64,000 nucleotides of DNA from Candidatus Gastranaerophilales bacterium (GTDB lineage: Bacteria; Cyanobacteriota; Vampirovibrionia; Gastranaerophilales; Gastranaerophilaceae), in assembly GCA_944325115.1 (NCBI GenBank), contig CALUYX010000001.1:8705-72704 (forward strand), in the 5' to 3' direction. Numbering within the stretch: the stretch's first letter is position 1; every line of letters begins with the position of its first letter. The notes under the pieces are model-generated. The model was not told the origin of the DNA and did not search any database. It saw only the letters and a program-made list of their open reading frames with translations. Shown here in pieces: positions 26,836-35,443 of the stretch. Made by a program: the position numbers and the translations under genes.

Positions 26836-28392
26836 ATGAAAAGTAAAGTTTTTATTAGGGGTTTTGCATTAGTTGTACTATTTTCCATGATTAATCTTTG
26901 TGCATTTTGTGCGCAGGATGAGTGGAGTAATGACTTAAGGACACTTTTTATAGGTAATAAGTCTGTAATTTACGCGCTTAATATTCGTTCATTCGGTGCG
27001 TCGGATAAAAATTTGGATGATGTCATAGAGCCACTTGCGGGCGATGAAACAGGTACATTTATAAATGCAATTCCAAGGCTTAAAGAACTTACAAAAACAG
27101 GTATTAATACAATTTATTTGTTGCCGATTACAAAAACGGGCAAGCTAAAGGCTCTTGGGACAGCAGGTTCGCTATATGCTCTTGACAGTTTTGAAAAACT
27201 GAATCCGCAGCTGGATGATAAAAATAATCCTTTAAGCGTGGAAGAAGAGGCAAAATTATTTGTAAATGAAGCACATAAATTGGGTTTAAGAGTAATAGTC
27301 GATATTCCAAGCTGCGGTTCTTATGATATGTCGCTTGAAAAACCTGATTTATTTATAAAGGATAAAAACGGAAACGCTGTCACTCCTGCTGATTGGACTG
27401 ATGTAAGACTTTTTAAAGTGTATGACGATGACGGTAAGTTGAATCGTACCCTTGTTGAGAATTATCAAAAAATGATAAAAATGCTTCAAGATATTGGCGT
27501 AGATGGCATAAGAGCAGATGTTGCGGCAATTAAACCTTATGAGTTCTGGAAAGAAGTAATTGATTATGCCAGAATGAAAGACCCTCAGTTTTTATTTATT
27601 GCGGAAGCATGCACATCTTGGACAAATCCTGCAAAACAGTGGGGCGAGTATACTCCCGTAGAAAAGCTTCTTGAAGCGGGTTTTGACGGTTATTACGGCG
27701 ATTGGGCAGGTTTTTCGGACTTTACAAAAGCCAAAGATATTACTAAAAGAGTAAAAGCTGACCTTAAAATAACAAAAGAATTTAATAATCAAAAAACCAC
27801 AATGTCATCTTTTGCAACACATGACCAGCAAAGTGTCATTGTAAGGGGAGGTGTTCCTCTATGGGAGATGATTACTTGGTTAAATATTACACTTCCTATG
27901 AACCCCTACTTTTTAGACGGATATGTTAGTGGCGACAATTATATTTATCGTTACGAAAATAAAAAAGCTCAAAGAACTATGACAGATGATGACTACTATT
28001 TTGTTCACAGGGGTAAATTTGATATTTTTAACCTTTCAAGACGTCCCGGCGGAAATTATGCCGAATTGAAAGAAAAATTTGTAAGAGCAATGAAATTTAA
28101 ATATTGGGCAAAAGATATACTTAACGAGGGCAAATTTATGACCCTCTCTACAAGTAACCCGTCAATCTTTGCTTTTGCAAGAAAAAAAGGTGATGATGCA
28201 GTCATTGTAATAGGAAACTTAAACAAGAGTCAGGAGCTTCAGGGTAAAATCTTTATAAGAAATATAAAAGAATCCAGTTTTGTATCTCCGATAAAAATGG
28301 AGGAAGCTCCGGTTGTTAAAAGAGGCAAAATGCTTGTTACGCTTAAACCTTATGAGATACAAGTTTACATGTTAAACAAGGTTAATTTTTAA
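26836..28392 (+). CDS. secreted alpha-amylase-family (GH13) glycosidase
   Basis: A signal peptide is present. GH13 regions seen are VIVDIPSCG, GIRADVAAIKP, FIAEA and FATHDQ. Confidence 0.8.
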   Translation: MKSKVFIRGFALVVLFSMINLCAFCAQDEWSNDLRTLFIGNKSVIYALNIRSFGASDKNLDDVIEPLAGDETGTFINAIPRLKELTKTGINTIYLLPITKTGKLKALGTAGSLYALDSFEKLNPQLDDKNNPLSVEEEAKLFVNEAHKLGLRVIVDIPSCGSYDMSLEKPDLFIKDKNGNAVTPADWTDVRLFKVYDDDGKLNRTLVENYQKMIKMLQDIGVDGIRADVAAIKPYEFWKEVIDYARMKDPQFLFIAEACTSWTNPAKQWGEYTPVEKLLEAGFDGYYGDWAGFSDFTKAKDITKRVKADLKITKEFNNQKTTMSSFATHDQQSVIVRGGVPLWEMITWLNITLPMNPYFLDGYVSGDNYIYRYENKKAQRTMTDDDYYFVHRGKFDIFNLSRRPGGNYAELKEKFVRAMKFKYWAKDILNEGKFMTLSTSNPSIFAFARKKGDDAVIVIGNLNKSQELQGKIFIRNIKESSFVSPIKMEEAPVVKRGKMLVTLKPYEIQVYMLNKVNF

Positions 28393-29581
28393 AAGGTTCA
28401 AGCGCTCTATCTAAAATGCCTAAACACTTTGCAATTGTTATGCCATAGTTTGAAATTGCAACATTTTTAGCAAGCGACTGCTCTATTCTGCTTAGAACTT
28501 CGCGCCTGTTTGTCATGCAGGCACCACAGTGTATAATAAGTTTGTATTTTTCAATATCTTTTGGAAATGCATGTCCGCTTGAGTGCTCAAAAGTCACCTC
28601 TTTGTTTGTGTATTTTTTAATAAGATTTGGTATTTTAACCCTTCCTATATCGTCTTCAATCGGGTGATGCGAACAACTCTCGCATATCAAAATCTTATCT
28701 CCGTCTTGAATATTATCAAGGGTATCTGCTCCTTTTGCAAATGTTTTTAAGTCGCCTTTTAATTTGGCAAAAATTATTGAAAAAGATGTCATTTGAATAT
28801 TTTTATCTACGATTTCATTAACTTCTTTAAAAGCCTGTGAGTCTGTTATGACAAGTTTTGGAGGCTTTTTTAGATTTTCTATTGCGTATTTTAGATTCTC
28901 TGTGCCACATACAATGCTTATTGCTTTATTATCAAGCATATCGCGGATTGTCTGAACTTGAGGCAAGATAATCCTTCCCTTTGGTGCTTCTTTATCAATC
29001 GGTATGACAAGTATGGCGATATCGTCTTTGTTTAATATATTTTCAAGCAGTTTTGGTGAATTTATATAGTTTTCGTCAATGCTTAAAATAATGCTTTGTT
29101 TTATTTTTTTTATAATATTTTTATCGTCTTTTGCACTCAGGTATATTGTTTGTTTAGAGTTTTTCTCAATTATTTCCGTATCTTTTTTATCGGGCAGTGC
29201 TATATCTGTTTTGTTTATGATGGAAACTATGGGAATTTTTCTGTTTTGAAGTTCTTTAAAAAGCTCTAAGTCGCAGTCTTTTAGTCCGTTATTGTCAAAA
29301 ACAACAAGAGCTACGTCAGTTCTGTCAAGTGCTTCAAGAGTTTTAGAGATTCTTTTTTCTCCCAGTTCTCCGTGGTCATCAATACCTGCGGTGTCAAGAA
29401 GACTAACCGGACCTATGGGTAAAAGTTCCATTGCTTTTTGGTTTACATCGGTTGTGGTGCCTGCAAAATCTGAAACTATCGAGATTTCACGATTAAACAG
29501 TCTGTTAATCAGACTGGATTTTCCCGTATTCATTTTGCCCAAAAACGTTATATGAAGTCTGTTTCCTCTTGTTTCTTTCAT
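28382..29581 (-). CDS. hydF: [FeFe]-hydrogenase maturation GTPase HydF
   Basis: The N-terminal GTPase has G1 GKMNTGKSS and DTAG. The C-terminal FeS-binding residues are CESCSHHP....HCGACM (the CxH...HCxxC pattern). Confidence 0.85.
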   Translation of the reverse strand: MKETRGNRLHITFLGKMNTGKSSLINRLFNREISIVSDFAGTTTDVNQKAMELLPIGPVSLLDTAGIDDHGELGEKRISKTLEALDRTDVALVVFDNNGLKDCDLELFKELQNRKIPIVSIINKTDIALPDKKDTEIIEKNSKQTIYLSAKDDKNIIKKIKQSIILSIDENYINSPKLLENILNKDDIAILVIPIDKEAPKGRIILPQVQTIRDMLDNKAISIVCGTENLKYAIENLKKPPKLVITDSQAFKEVNEIVDKNIQMTSFSIIFAKLKGDLKTFAKGADTLDNIQDGDKILICESCSHHPIEDDIGRVKIPNLIKKYTNKEVTFEHSSGHAFPKDIEKYKLIIHCGACMTNRREVLSRIEQSLAKNVAISNYGITIAKCLGILDRALEPFKN

Positions 29582-29648
29582 AATTACCTTACTATGTGTT
29601 ATAATGTTTATGTGTATTATACATCATTTCAAATTTTGGAGGAAATAA

Positions 29649-29837
29649 ATGGCAAGGATTTTGGTTTCTATGCCCGATGATTTTCTAAAGTCTGTAGATA
29701 AACTTGCGGATAATGAAAGAAGAACACGTTCTGAACTTGTAAGGGAAGCTCTTCGAGCTTACATCAGAAAAACCAATAGTTTGAACTCCAAAAAAGCTGT
29801 TGAAAACGCAAAAACACTTGAAAATTTGCTTGATTAA
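29649..29837 (+). CDS. ribbon-helix-helix (CopG/Arc/MetJ-type) DNA-binding protein
   Basis: 62 aa. ILVSMPDDFLKSVDKLADNERRTRSELVREALRAYI fits the canonical RHH pattern of a beta-strand plus two helices. Confidence 0.75.
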   Translation: MARILVSMPDDFLKSVDKLADNERRTRSELVREALRAYIRKTNSLNSKKAVENAKTLENLLD

Positions 29838-30871
29838 AGTGTTTTGATTTTTTCAATTATTGTTTTTATTTCTTCGGTCAAATCTTCTTTTTTGGGCGGA
29901 TAAATTGTAATGTAATCTTTTATGGTTTTTGCAAAATCAGCTTTTTTGAAATCTCCAAAACCTTTTTGTTTGAATATTTCATATAGTTCCTTGGCTGTTT
30001 TTGCGTCTTTGTGGAAATCTTCTTCTTTGCAGTTGTAACAGCTGCTGTATCTGTAGTTTAGTGCATCTGTAATTATTTTTTTTGGCAATATGTCTTCAAA
30101 TTCGCCGTTATGTATTATATAGATTCTGTCTTTTGCTCTTAGTTTTGGCAATATTAAGTCTTTTGTTGCCTGCGCATCGGAGTCAAGAAGTATGAAAATG
30201 GGAATATTATACTCTTCTGCCATAGAATAGTATTTTCTTGCTACCTGATTTTTACCTCCTGCGCCAAGTACGTAAATCCCGTTTTTCTTGAAATCGTATT
30301 CACAAATTGTCGAAAATTTGCCAAGCAGTATTTCTTCCGTTGCACCCTCACACAGAAGAACTTTTTCAATAGGATAAAGCAGCGATTTTTCTTTTCTCAA
30401 CTCTTGAGCTTCACATTTAAGAGTGTTTAATTGAAGCATTTGTAAAAGGTTTAATTTTAAATCTTCTTCATCTTTTATTGCCTCAAGTGCAGCATTGAAG
30501 TTAATATCCGCTTCAAGATATTTTTTTGAGAGCGGGTTTAATAAAAAAAGGCGCTCTTCTTCTTTTTTTAAATATTCATTTATAAAATGGTCATTTTTGA
30601 TATTGTTATCAAGGCTTGAATTAAAAATTTTGCAAACCAGACTTATTTTTTCATCGGGATTTAGGCATGATGTGTCTGTTTCTTCTCTGTTTTCAAAAAT
30701 TAGAAATTTATTTAATATGTCGTTAAAAACTCGCTCGTACCTTTCTGATGCGGGTTTTAGGCGAAACAATCGGTCAAGAATAACCTTAATATAAGATTTT
30801 GGTATTTTTTTAAACTTCATAAATGTTAACTTTTTCAACTTTACTTTATAAAAAAAAGCCAAAAAAAGCAA
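29834..30871 (-). CDS. stand-alone OLD-type Toprim-domain protein (no ATPase domain)
   Basis: The C-terminal half has VLLCEGATEE (Toprim Glu), GAGGKNQV and ILLDSDAQ (DxD). The N-terminal ~170 aa is helical without a Walker A. The start is uncertain: TTG at 30871 or ATG at 30820. Confidence 0.65.
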   Translation of the reverse strand: MLFLAFFYKVKLKKLTFMKFKKIPKSYIKVILDRLFRLKPASERYERVFNDILNKFLIFENREETDTSCLNPDEKISLVCKIFNSSLDNNIKNDHFINEYLKKEEERLFLLNPLSKKYLEADINFNAALEAIKDEEDLKLNLLQMLQLNTLKCEAQELRKEKSLLYPIEKVLLCEGATEEILLGKFSTICEYDFKKNGIYVLGAGGKNQVARKYYSMAEEYNIPIFILLDSDAQATKDLILPKLRAKDRIYIIHNGEFEDILPKKIITDALNYRYSSCYNCKEEDFHKDAKTAKELYEIFKQKGFGDFKKADFAKTIKDYITIYPPKKEDLTEEIKTIIEKIKTL

Positions 30872-30917
30872 TTTTTATCTTTATTTGGGTTTAAAATAAA
30901 TAAGGGAAGATTGGTGT

Positions 30918-32351
30918 ATGTCACAGCAGCTTAACTCGCTAAATTTCATAAAATTTTCCGGTAATAATGCTACGGTAAATAACGTAAAAGATGTAACAGA
31001 ACCGGCTTTTGCGCGAAAAACAGGTGCGTCGGGCAATTCTGTCTACGGTAAAGACAGCTTATTGCCTTATAACCTTGCAAATGTTGTGCCAATCAGGACA
31101 AAACTTTCATCAAAAGAAGAAAGGCAAATGTATTCTGAGATTTCTTCCGCCATTTCTTCTTCCCATTTTAATATTTCCGTTCAAGACGGTGTTTCCGTAA
31201 CAAAAAAATTGGATGCACTGTTAAAGAGCGGTAAGCTTTTAAATGCATCTTCTAATGATGACTCCTCTACCTTGAAAAATCTTTATGATATTTTAAAAAC
31301 CCCAAGGTGTTTGAATTTAGATAATACAAAAATACTTTCTCAAGTTATTGATGCACTGTATAACCCTACGGTTATTACGCAAAATTTTGGTGATATTCCA
31401 AGTAATGTTAAGAAAAATATCTTGTCGGGTCAGCAGATTGCAGATGATGTAAAGGCTAATCCTACACTTATGGATGTTGATGCATCGGGTACTTGTGTTG
31501 CTGCAAGTGTAGAATTTCACATGGCAAATAAGCACCCTGCAGAGTTTGCTCGCTGGGTATCGGGTTTGACATCTCAAAATCAGGAAGTAGAACAAAAAGT
31601 TCGTCTTGACGCTTTATCTGAAAATGTTTTAGACGCGGTTACTTTTTTGAATATATTTGAAGCTAAACAAAAGAAATTTAACTTTGACTTTACAACACTT
31701 TCTCTAAAACCTGATGATGCTGCATATGTTCGTGCTCAAGTACAAAATGAACATTGGGATAAGGGCGAGAGAACAATAATTGACGCCCTTGTACAATCTA
31801 CCCTTATGCAGCTTGGTTCTCAAGGCAGCTATGACTCGCTTACGGATATAAGAGGCGGCAAGTTTTCTACAAATCCGCAAGGTCTTGTTGAAACAGAAAA
31901 AACCTTTATAGAATCAGTTATCGAAAACAACGAAAAGCTTTCAATCAGATATCAAAAAGTTGATGACAACCAAAACCTTATCGGTTGGGAGTGTGACTTT
32001 GGCAAGATTCAAAAACATATCATAGACACATTAAACATTGGCGAAGATGTTATTGTCGGCTATGTGTTAACAAATGAAACAAGCGGAAGAACCAAAAAGC
32101 CTGATTACGTTAACACTGCTGATAATGCTCCAAATAAAATAATTAACGGACATGAAATCACAATTGTAGGCTATAAAACTGATAACAACGGCAAAGTTAC
32201 ATTTATTTGCAATGATACCGATGATGATGAGCAAAAACTCGTTGAATATTCGGCTGACTTTTTAATACCGAAAATTCACCACGCTGCTTATCCTGTATCT
32301 ATTGTCGAAGAAGATTTGAAAATGATTGAAGCTCAACAAATGGCCGCATAA
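30918..32351 (+). CDS. hypothetical protein with papain-fold cysteine-peptidase-like C-terminal region
   Basis: 477 aa. The candidate catalytic Cys lies in DVDASGTCVAASVEF and the candidate His in IINGHEITIVGY, followed by ICNDTDDDE. This order and spacing (Cys ... His ... Asn/Asp) matches C39-like/BtrH-like peptidases. There is no signal peptide. Confidence 0.6.
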   Translation: MSQQLNSLNFIKFSGNNATVNNVKDVTEPAFARKTGASGNSVYGKDSLLPYNLANVVPIRTKLSSKEERQMYSEISSAISSSHFNISVQDGVSVTKKLDALLKSGKLLNASSNDDSSTLKNLYDILKTPRCLNLDNTKILSQVIDALYNPTVITQNFGDIPSNVKKNILSGQQIADDVKANPTLMDVDASGTCVAASVEFHMANKHPAEFARWVSGLTSQNQEVEQKVRLDALSENVLDAVTFLNIFEAKQKKFNFDFTTLSLKPDDAAYVRAQVQNEHWDKGERTIIDALVQSTLMQLGSQGSYDSLTDIRGGKFSTNPQGLVETEKTFIESVIENNEKLSIRYQKVDDNQNLIGWECDFGKIQKHIIDTLNIGEDVIVGYVLTNETSGRTKKPDYVNTADNAPNKIINGHEITIVGYKTDNNGKVTFICNDTDDDEQKLVEYSADFLIPKIHHAAYPVSIVEEDLKMIEAQQMAA

Positions 32352-32423
32352 GGCTTTTTGTCATTATTGACAGTATTTTTTATTGACTATACTATCTAAT
32401 TGTGTGCTGGCTAAGGAGATAGT

Positions 32424-33053
32424 ATGAGAGTTTATTTTAACAACGCGGTTGCAAATTTTTCTCCGATTTTTAAGTCAAATAACAATAAAAAACAAGAAGT
32501 TGTTGCTGTATTGGGAAGTTCAAAAGCAACGGATTCCATAATGGATTATATGTCTATGTGTGCTAATGCGGTTAAATCAATTGTATTGAGCGGAAATAGC
32601 ATTATCCACGGTGCTGGTAAATACGGAATAATGGGTGCTGCATCTAAAAGTGCCGCAAAATATTCTGAAATTGATGAAAACGGAAAACCGAAACAAAGCC
32701 TTGCAATTATTACAGACCCGCTCTGGGGTAATGAAGACCTTGATAACTGTGTTATAAAGGACACTGCCACAAGTGAGGCAGCAAGAATTGAGAAATTTTC
32801 CCAAAGAGCGGATAAAGTGGTTATTTTCCCCGGTAGCTCAGGCACAATTCAAGAGGCGGCAAGTTTTATTTCATCCAATAATTATGCGCCTTTTGACGAA
32901 AGAAAAAAAGTAATTCTTGTAGGTAAGAAATATTATGAGGGTCTTGTCAGTCAGTATGAAAATATGTACAAAAACGGTCTGCTTAATGACAAACCCGAAA
33001 ATCTTTTTACTGTCGTTGACAGCGAAGATGAAATATTGAAAGAGTTAAACTAA
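32424..33053 (+). CDS. LOG-family (TIGR00730-type) nucleotide phosphoribohydrolase
   Basis: Motifs seen are HGAGKYGIMG and the LOG signature PGSSGTIQE (PGGxGTxxE). Confidence 0.8.
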   Translation: MRVYFNNAVANFSPIFKSNNNKKQEVVAVLGSSKATDSIMDYMSMCANAVKSIVLSGNSIIHGAGKYGIMGAASKSAAKYSEIDENGKPKQSLAIITDPLWGNEDLDNCVIKDTATSEAARIEKFSQRADKVVIFPGSSGTIQEAASFISSNNYAPFDERKKVILVGKKYYEGLVSQYENMYKNGLLNDKPENLFTVVDSEDEILKELN

Positions 33054-33056
33054 AAA

Positions 33057-33127
33057 AGGCGGCACCCAGATTCGAACTGGGGGTAAAAGCTTTGCAGGCT
33101 TCTGCCTTACCACTTGGCCATGCCGCC
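33057..33127 (-). tRNA. tRNA-Cys (anticodon GCA)
   Basis: The reverse complement is GGCGGCATGGCCAAGTGGTAAGGCAGAAGCCTGCAAAGCTTTTACCCCCAGTTCGAATCTGGGTGCCGCC+U. It folds as a cloverleaf with a 7-bp acceptor stem, D arm GCC/GGC, anticodon loop CUGCAAA and T arm CCCAG-TTCGAAT-CTGGG. The discriminator is U73, as expected for tRNA-Cys. No CCA is encoded. Confidence 0.92.
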
Positions 33128-33273
33128 ACTAAAACTTTCAACTTGTTTTATGTTAATAAAGACAAGTTTTTATGTCAAGATTATTTTGTTAAAAACTATT
33201 AATATATCGGTTGAAATTAAATATTTAGCCAATATAATATTATCACATAAGGTAGATTACAATGAGGTAAATT

Positions 33274-33477
33274 ATGAAAAAAGGTATACATCCTGATTAC
33301 AAAAAAACAACTATAAAGTGTGTTTGCGGCAACGAAATCGAAACAGGTTCAGTTCAAGAAGATATCACTGTTGAAATTTGCAACGCTTGCCACCCTTTCT
33401 TTACAGGTAACCAAAAAATCTTAGACTCAGAAGGTAGAGTTGAAAGATTCAAAAAACGTTACGAAAAGAAAAACTAA
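33274..33477 (+). CDS. rpmE: 50S ribosomal protein L31
   Basis: The sequence [26 protein letters not shown]....[10 protein letters not shown] shows the Zn-ribbon form. The protein is 67 aa. Confidence 0.95.
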   Translation: MKKGIHPDYKKTTIKCVCGNEIETGSVQEDITVEICNACHPFFTGNQKILDSEGRVERFKKRYEKKN

Positions 33478-33485
33478 CTTTTTAC

Positions 33486-33506
33486 GGGCGGGCAAAATAC
33501 CCGCCC
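33486..33506 (+). terminator. GC-rich hairpin downstream of rpmE (weak terminator)
   Basis: gggcggg (33486-33492) pairs with cccgccc (33500-33506). The following T-tract is poor (tatt). Confidence 0.45.
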
Positions 33507-33538
33507 TATTAGTGATGATGAGATAGTGAGAGGTTATA

Positions 33539-34225
33539 ATGCCTGAAGTTAAAATGAGTGTAAAGCTGATATCTAAGCCGCAAAATATTCTAAAGACGGT
33601 TTATACTGCATGCAGAACTTGCTATAGCGCTCTTTCACCTGAGGAAATAAATGCTGCTGCAGATGATGAAGAAAAAATGCTTAAACTCATTGAAAGAGTT
33701 ATCTCATCAGGACACTACTCTACTATAGAACATATACAGCTTTCTTTTGCAATTTCAAATGTCTCAAGGGCTTGTACTCACCAGCTTGTAAGACACAGAC
33801 ATATGTCGTTTTCTCAAAAATCTCAGCGTTATGTCAAAGAAAAAGGCGAATTTGACTATATTATTCCTAATCAAATTTCAGCGAACGCAGAATTAAAAGA
33901 AAAATTTGAAAAACATATGCAAGAGGTTGCAAAACTCTATCAGGAGTTTGTTGAAAGCGGTATAAAAGCCGAAGACGCACGCGCAATACTACCTAATGCA
34001 ACTGCAAGCTCTATGGTTGCAAGTTTAAACTTAAGGGAGTTAATTCACCTTGCAAATTTAAGATTGTGTACTCGTGCTCAGCTTGAAATTCGCCAATTAA
34101 TTCAGAAAATGTGCGATGAAGTTATAAAAGAAGAACCTTGGCTTAAATCTCACCTTGTACCAAAGTGCGAGCGCCTCGGTTATTGCGATGAAGATAAATC
34201 TTGCGGAAGGATGCCACAGCGATGA
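33539..34225 (+). CDS. thyX: flavin-dependent thymidylate synthase ThyX
   Basis: The ThyX signature [14 protein letters not shown] (RHRxxSxxxxSxR) is present. The protein is 228 aa. Confidence 0.92.
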   Translation: MPEVKMSVKLISKPQNILKTVYTACRTCYSALSPEEINAAADDEEKMLKLIERVISSGHYSTIEHIQLSFAISNVSRACTHQLVRHRHMSFSQKSQRYVKEKGEFDYIIPNQISANAELKEKFEKHMQEVAKLYQEFVESGIKAEDARAILPNATASSMVASLNLRELIHLANLRLCTRAQLEIRQLIQKMCDEVIKEEPWLKSHLVPKCERLGYCDEDKSCGRMPQR

Positions 34226-35304
34226 AAGACATGCTTGATAAAATAAAAAAAATTGAAGAAAAATATAAAGAACTCGGTGTGACATTATCCGACCCCGATG
34301 TTATAGCAGATTACAATAAGTTCCGTGACCTCTCTAAACAAAGAAAGGCTATGGAGGAAACTGTTGAAACATATAACGCTTACAAAGAAGCGCAAGAAGC
34401 GATTGACGAGGCTCGTGAAATGCTCCATGGCGAAAAAGACCAGACCATGAGAGATTATTTGAACAATGAAATTTCATCAAACGAAGAAAAAATTGCTCAA
34501 TACGAAGAAAAAATGAAAGTTTTGCTTCTTCCAAAAGACCCTATGGATGATAAAGATATTATGCTTGAAATCAGAGGCGGCGCAGGCGGTGATGAAGCAA
34601 ATATCTTTGCGGGCGACCTTATGAGAATGTATATGAAATATGCTTCTTCAAAGGGCTGGCAGACAAAAATATTGTCTATCAACGAATGTGAAGCGGGTGG
34701 TGTTTCAGAAGTCGTTATATCGATAAAAGGCGGAGAAAATATTTATTCTCAGCTTAAATATGAATCGGGCGTTCACAGGGTGCAAAGAGTCCCCCAAACA
34801 GAATCACAAGGAAGGGTGCATACATCAACCGCAACGGTTGCTGTTATGCCTGAAGTTGATGATGTTGAGGTAGAACTAAACCCTTCTGACTTAGAAATTT
34901 CAACAGCTCGCTCAGGCGGTGCCGGCGGTCAGAACGTTAATAAGGTTGAAACTGCGGTTCGTGTTGTGCACAAGCCAACGGGATTAATGGTATTTTGTAC
35001 TGAAGAACGTTCTCAATTGCAGAACAAAGAGCGTGCGCTGCAAATTATCAAAGCAAAACTTTATGATATGGAAGTACAAAAACAAATGCAGGAAGTAACA
35101 GACCTTCGCCGTTCTCAAGTTGGAACAGGTGACAGGTCAGAGCGCATTCGTACATATAACTTCCCTCAAGGGCGCTTAACAGACCATAGAATAGGGCAAA
35201 ACCTAAATGTTTGGACGGTTATTGAGGGCGAGTTGGATGAACTTATTAATCTTTTAATTCAGTACGACCAAAAACTCAAACTTGAAAAGCTTGCCGAGTC
35301 ATAG
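34222..35304 (+). CDS. prfA: peptide chain release factor 1
   Basis: It has the GGQ motif ([17 protein letters not shown]) and a PxT-type anticodon tripeptide ([14 protein letters not shown]). I set the start at the ATG at 34222, which overlaps the thyX stop (ATGA). The track's 34201 start would overlap by 25 nt. Confidence 0.93.
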   Translation: MKDMLDKIKKIEEKYKELGVTLSDPDVIADYNKFRDLSKQRKAMEETVETYNAYKEAQEAIDEAREMLHGEKDQTMRDYLNNEISSNEEKIAQYEEKMKVLLLPKDPMDDKDIMLEIRGGAGGDEANIFAGDLMRMYMKYASSKGWQTKILSINECEAGGVSEVVISIKGGENIYSQLKYESGVHRVQRVPQTESQGRVHTSTATVAVMPEVDDVEVELNPSDLEISTARSGGAGGQNVNKVETAVRVVHKPTGLMVFCTEERSQLQNKERALQIIKAKLYDMEVQKQMQEVTDLRRSQVGTGDRSERIRTYNFPQGRLTDHRIGQNLNVWTVIEGELDELINLLIQYDQKLKLEKLAES

Positions 35305-35443
35305 ATACCTCTGTCGGCGGTATAGTTTTTTTGTTTGTTTCGCAATAATATTTAATTATTTTTGCCTTATTTTGCTTGTCGTTTTTTGCTGTTTTAATGT
35401 TTAATTTGTGCATATTTCACCTCTTGAACATTTTCTTTAAGTA

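Noticed and set aside
29649-33127. Genomic island integrated at tRNA-Cys (RHH, Toprim, papain-like and LOG genes abut the tRNA 3' end).
   Set aside because: I noticed no integrase or recombinase, no direct repeat of the tRNA 3' end and no obvious compositional break. I kept only a contextual remark in the Toprim finding.
34801-34815. RF1 anticodon-mimic tripeptide reads P-Q-T rather than the E. coli P-A-T.
   Set aside because: The middle residue of the PxT motif is variable among bacteria. All ORFs in the window terminate normally with standard stops, so there is no evidence of altered stop-codon usage.
35276-35413. 45-aa Lys-rich minus-strand ORF (MHKLNIKTAKNDKQNKAK...) with a strong AGAGGTG Shine-Dalgarno, not in the track.
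   Set aside because: It overlaps the 3' end of prfA by 29 nt, is low-complexity (translated A-rich DNA) and has no recognisable motif. The evidence is insufficient to call it a gene, although ribosome profiling could revisit it.
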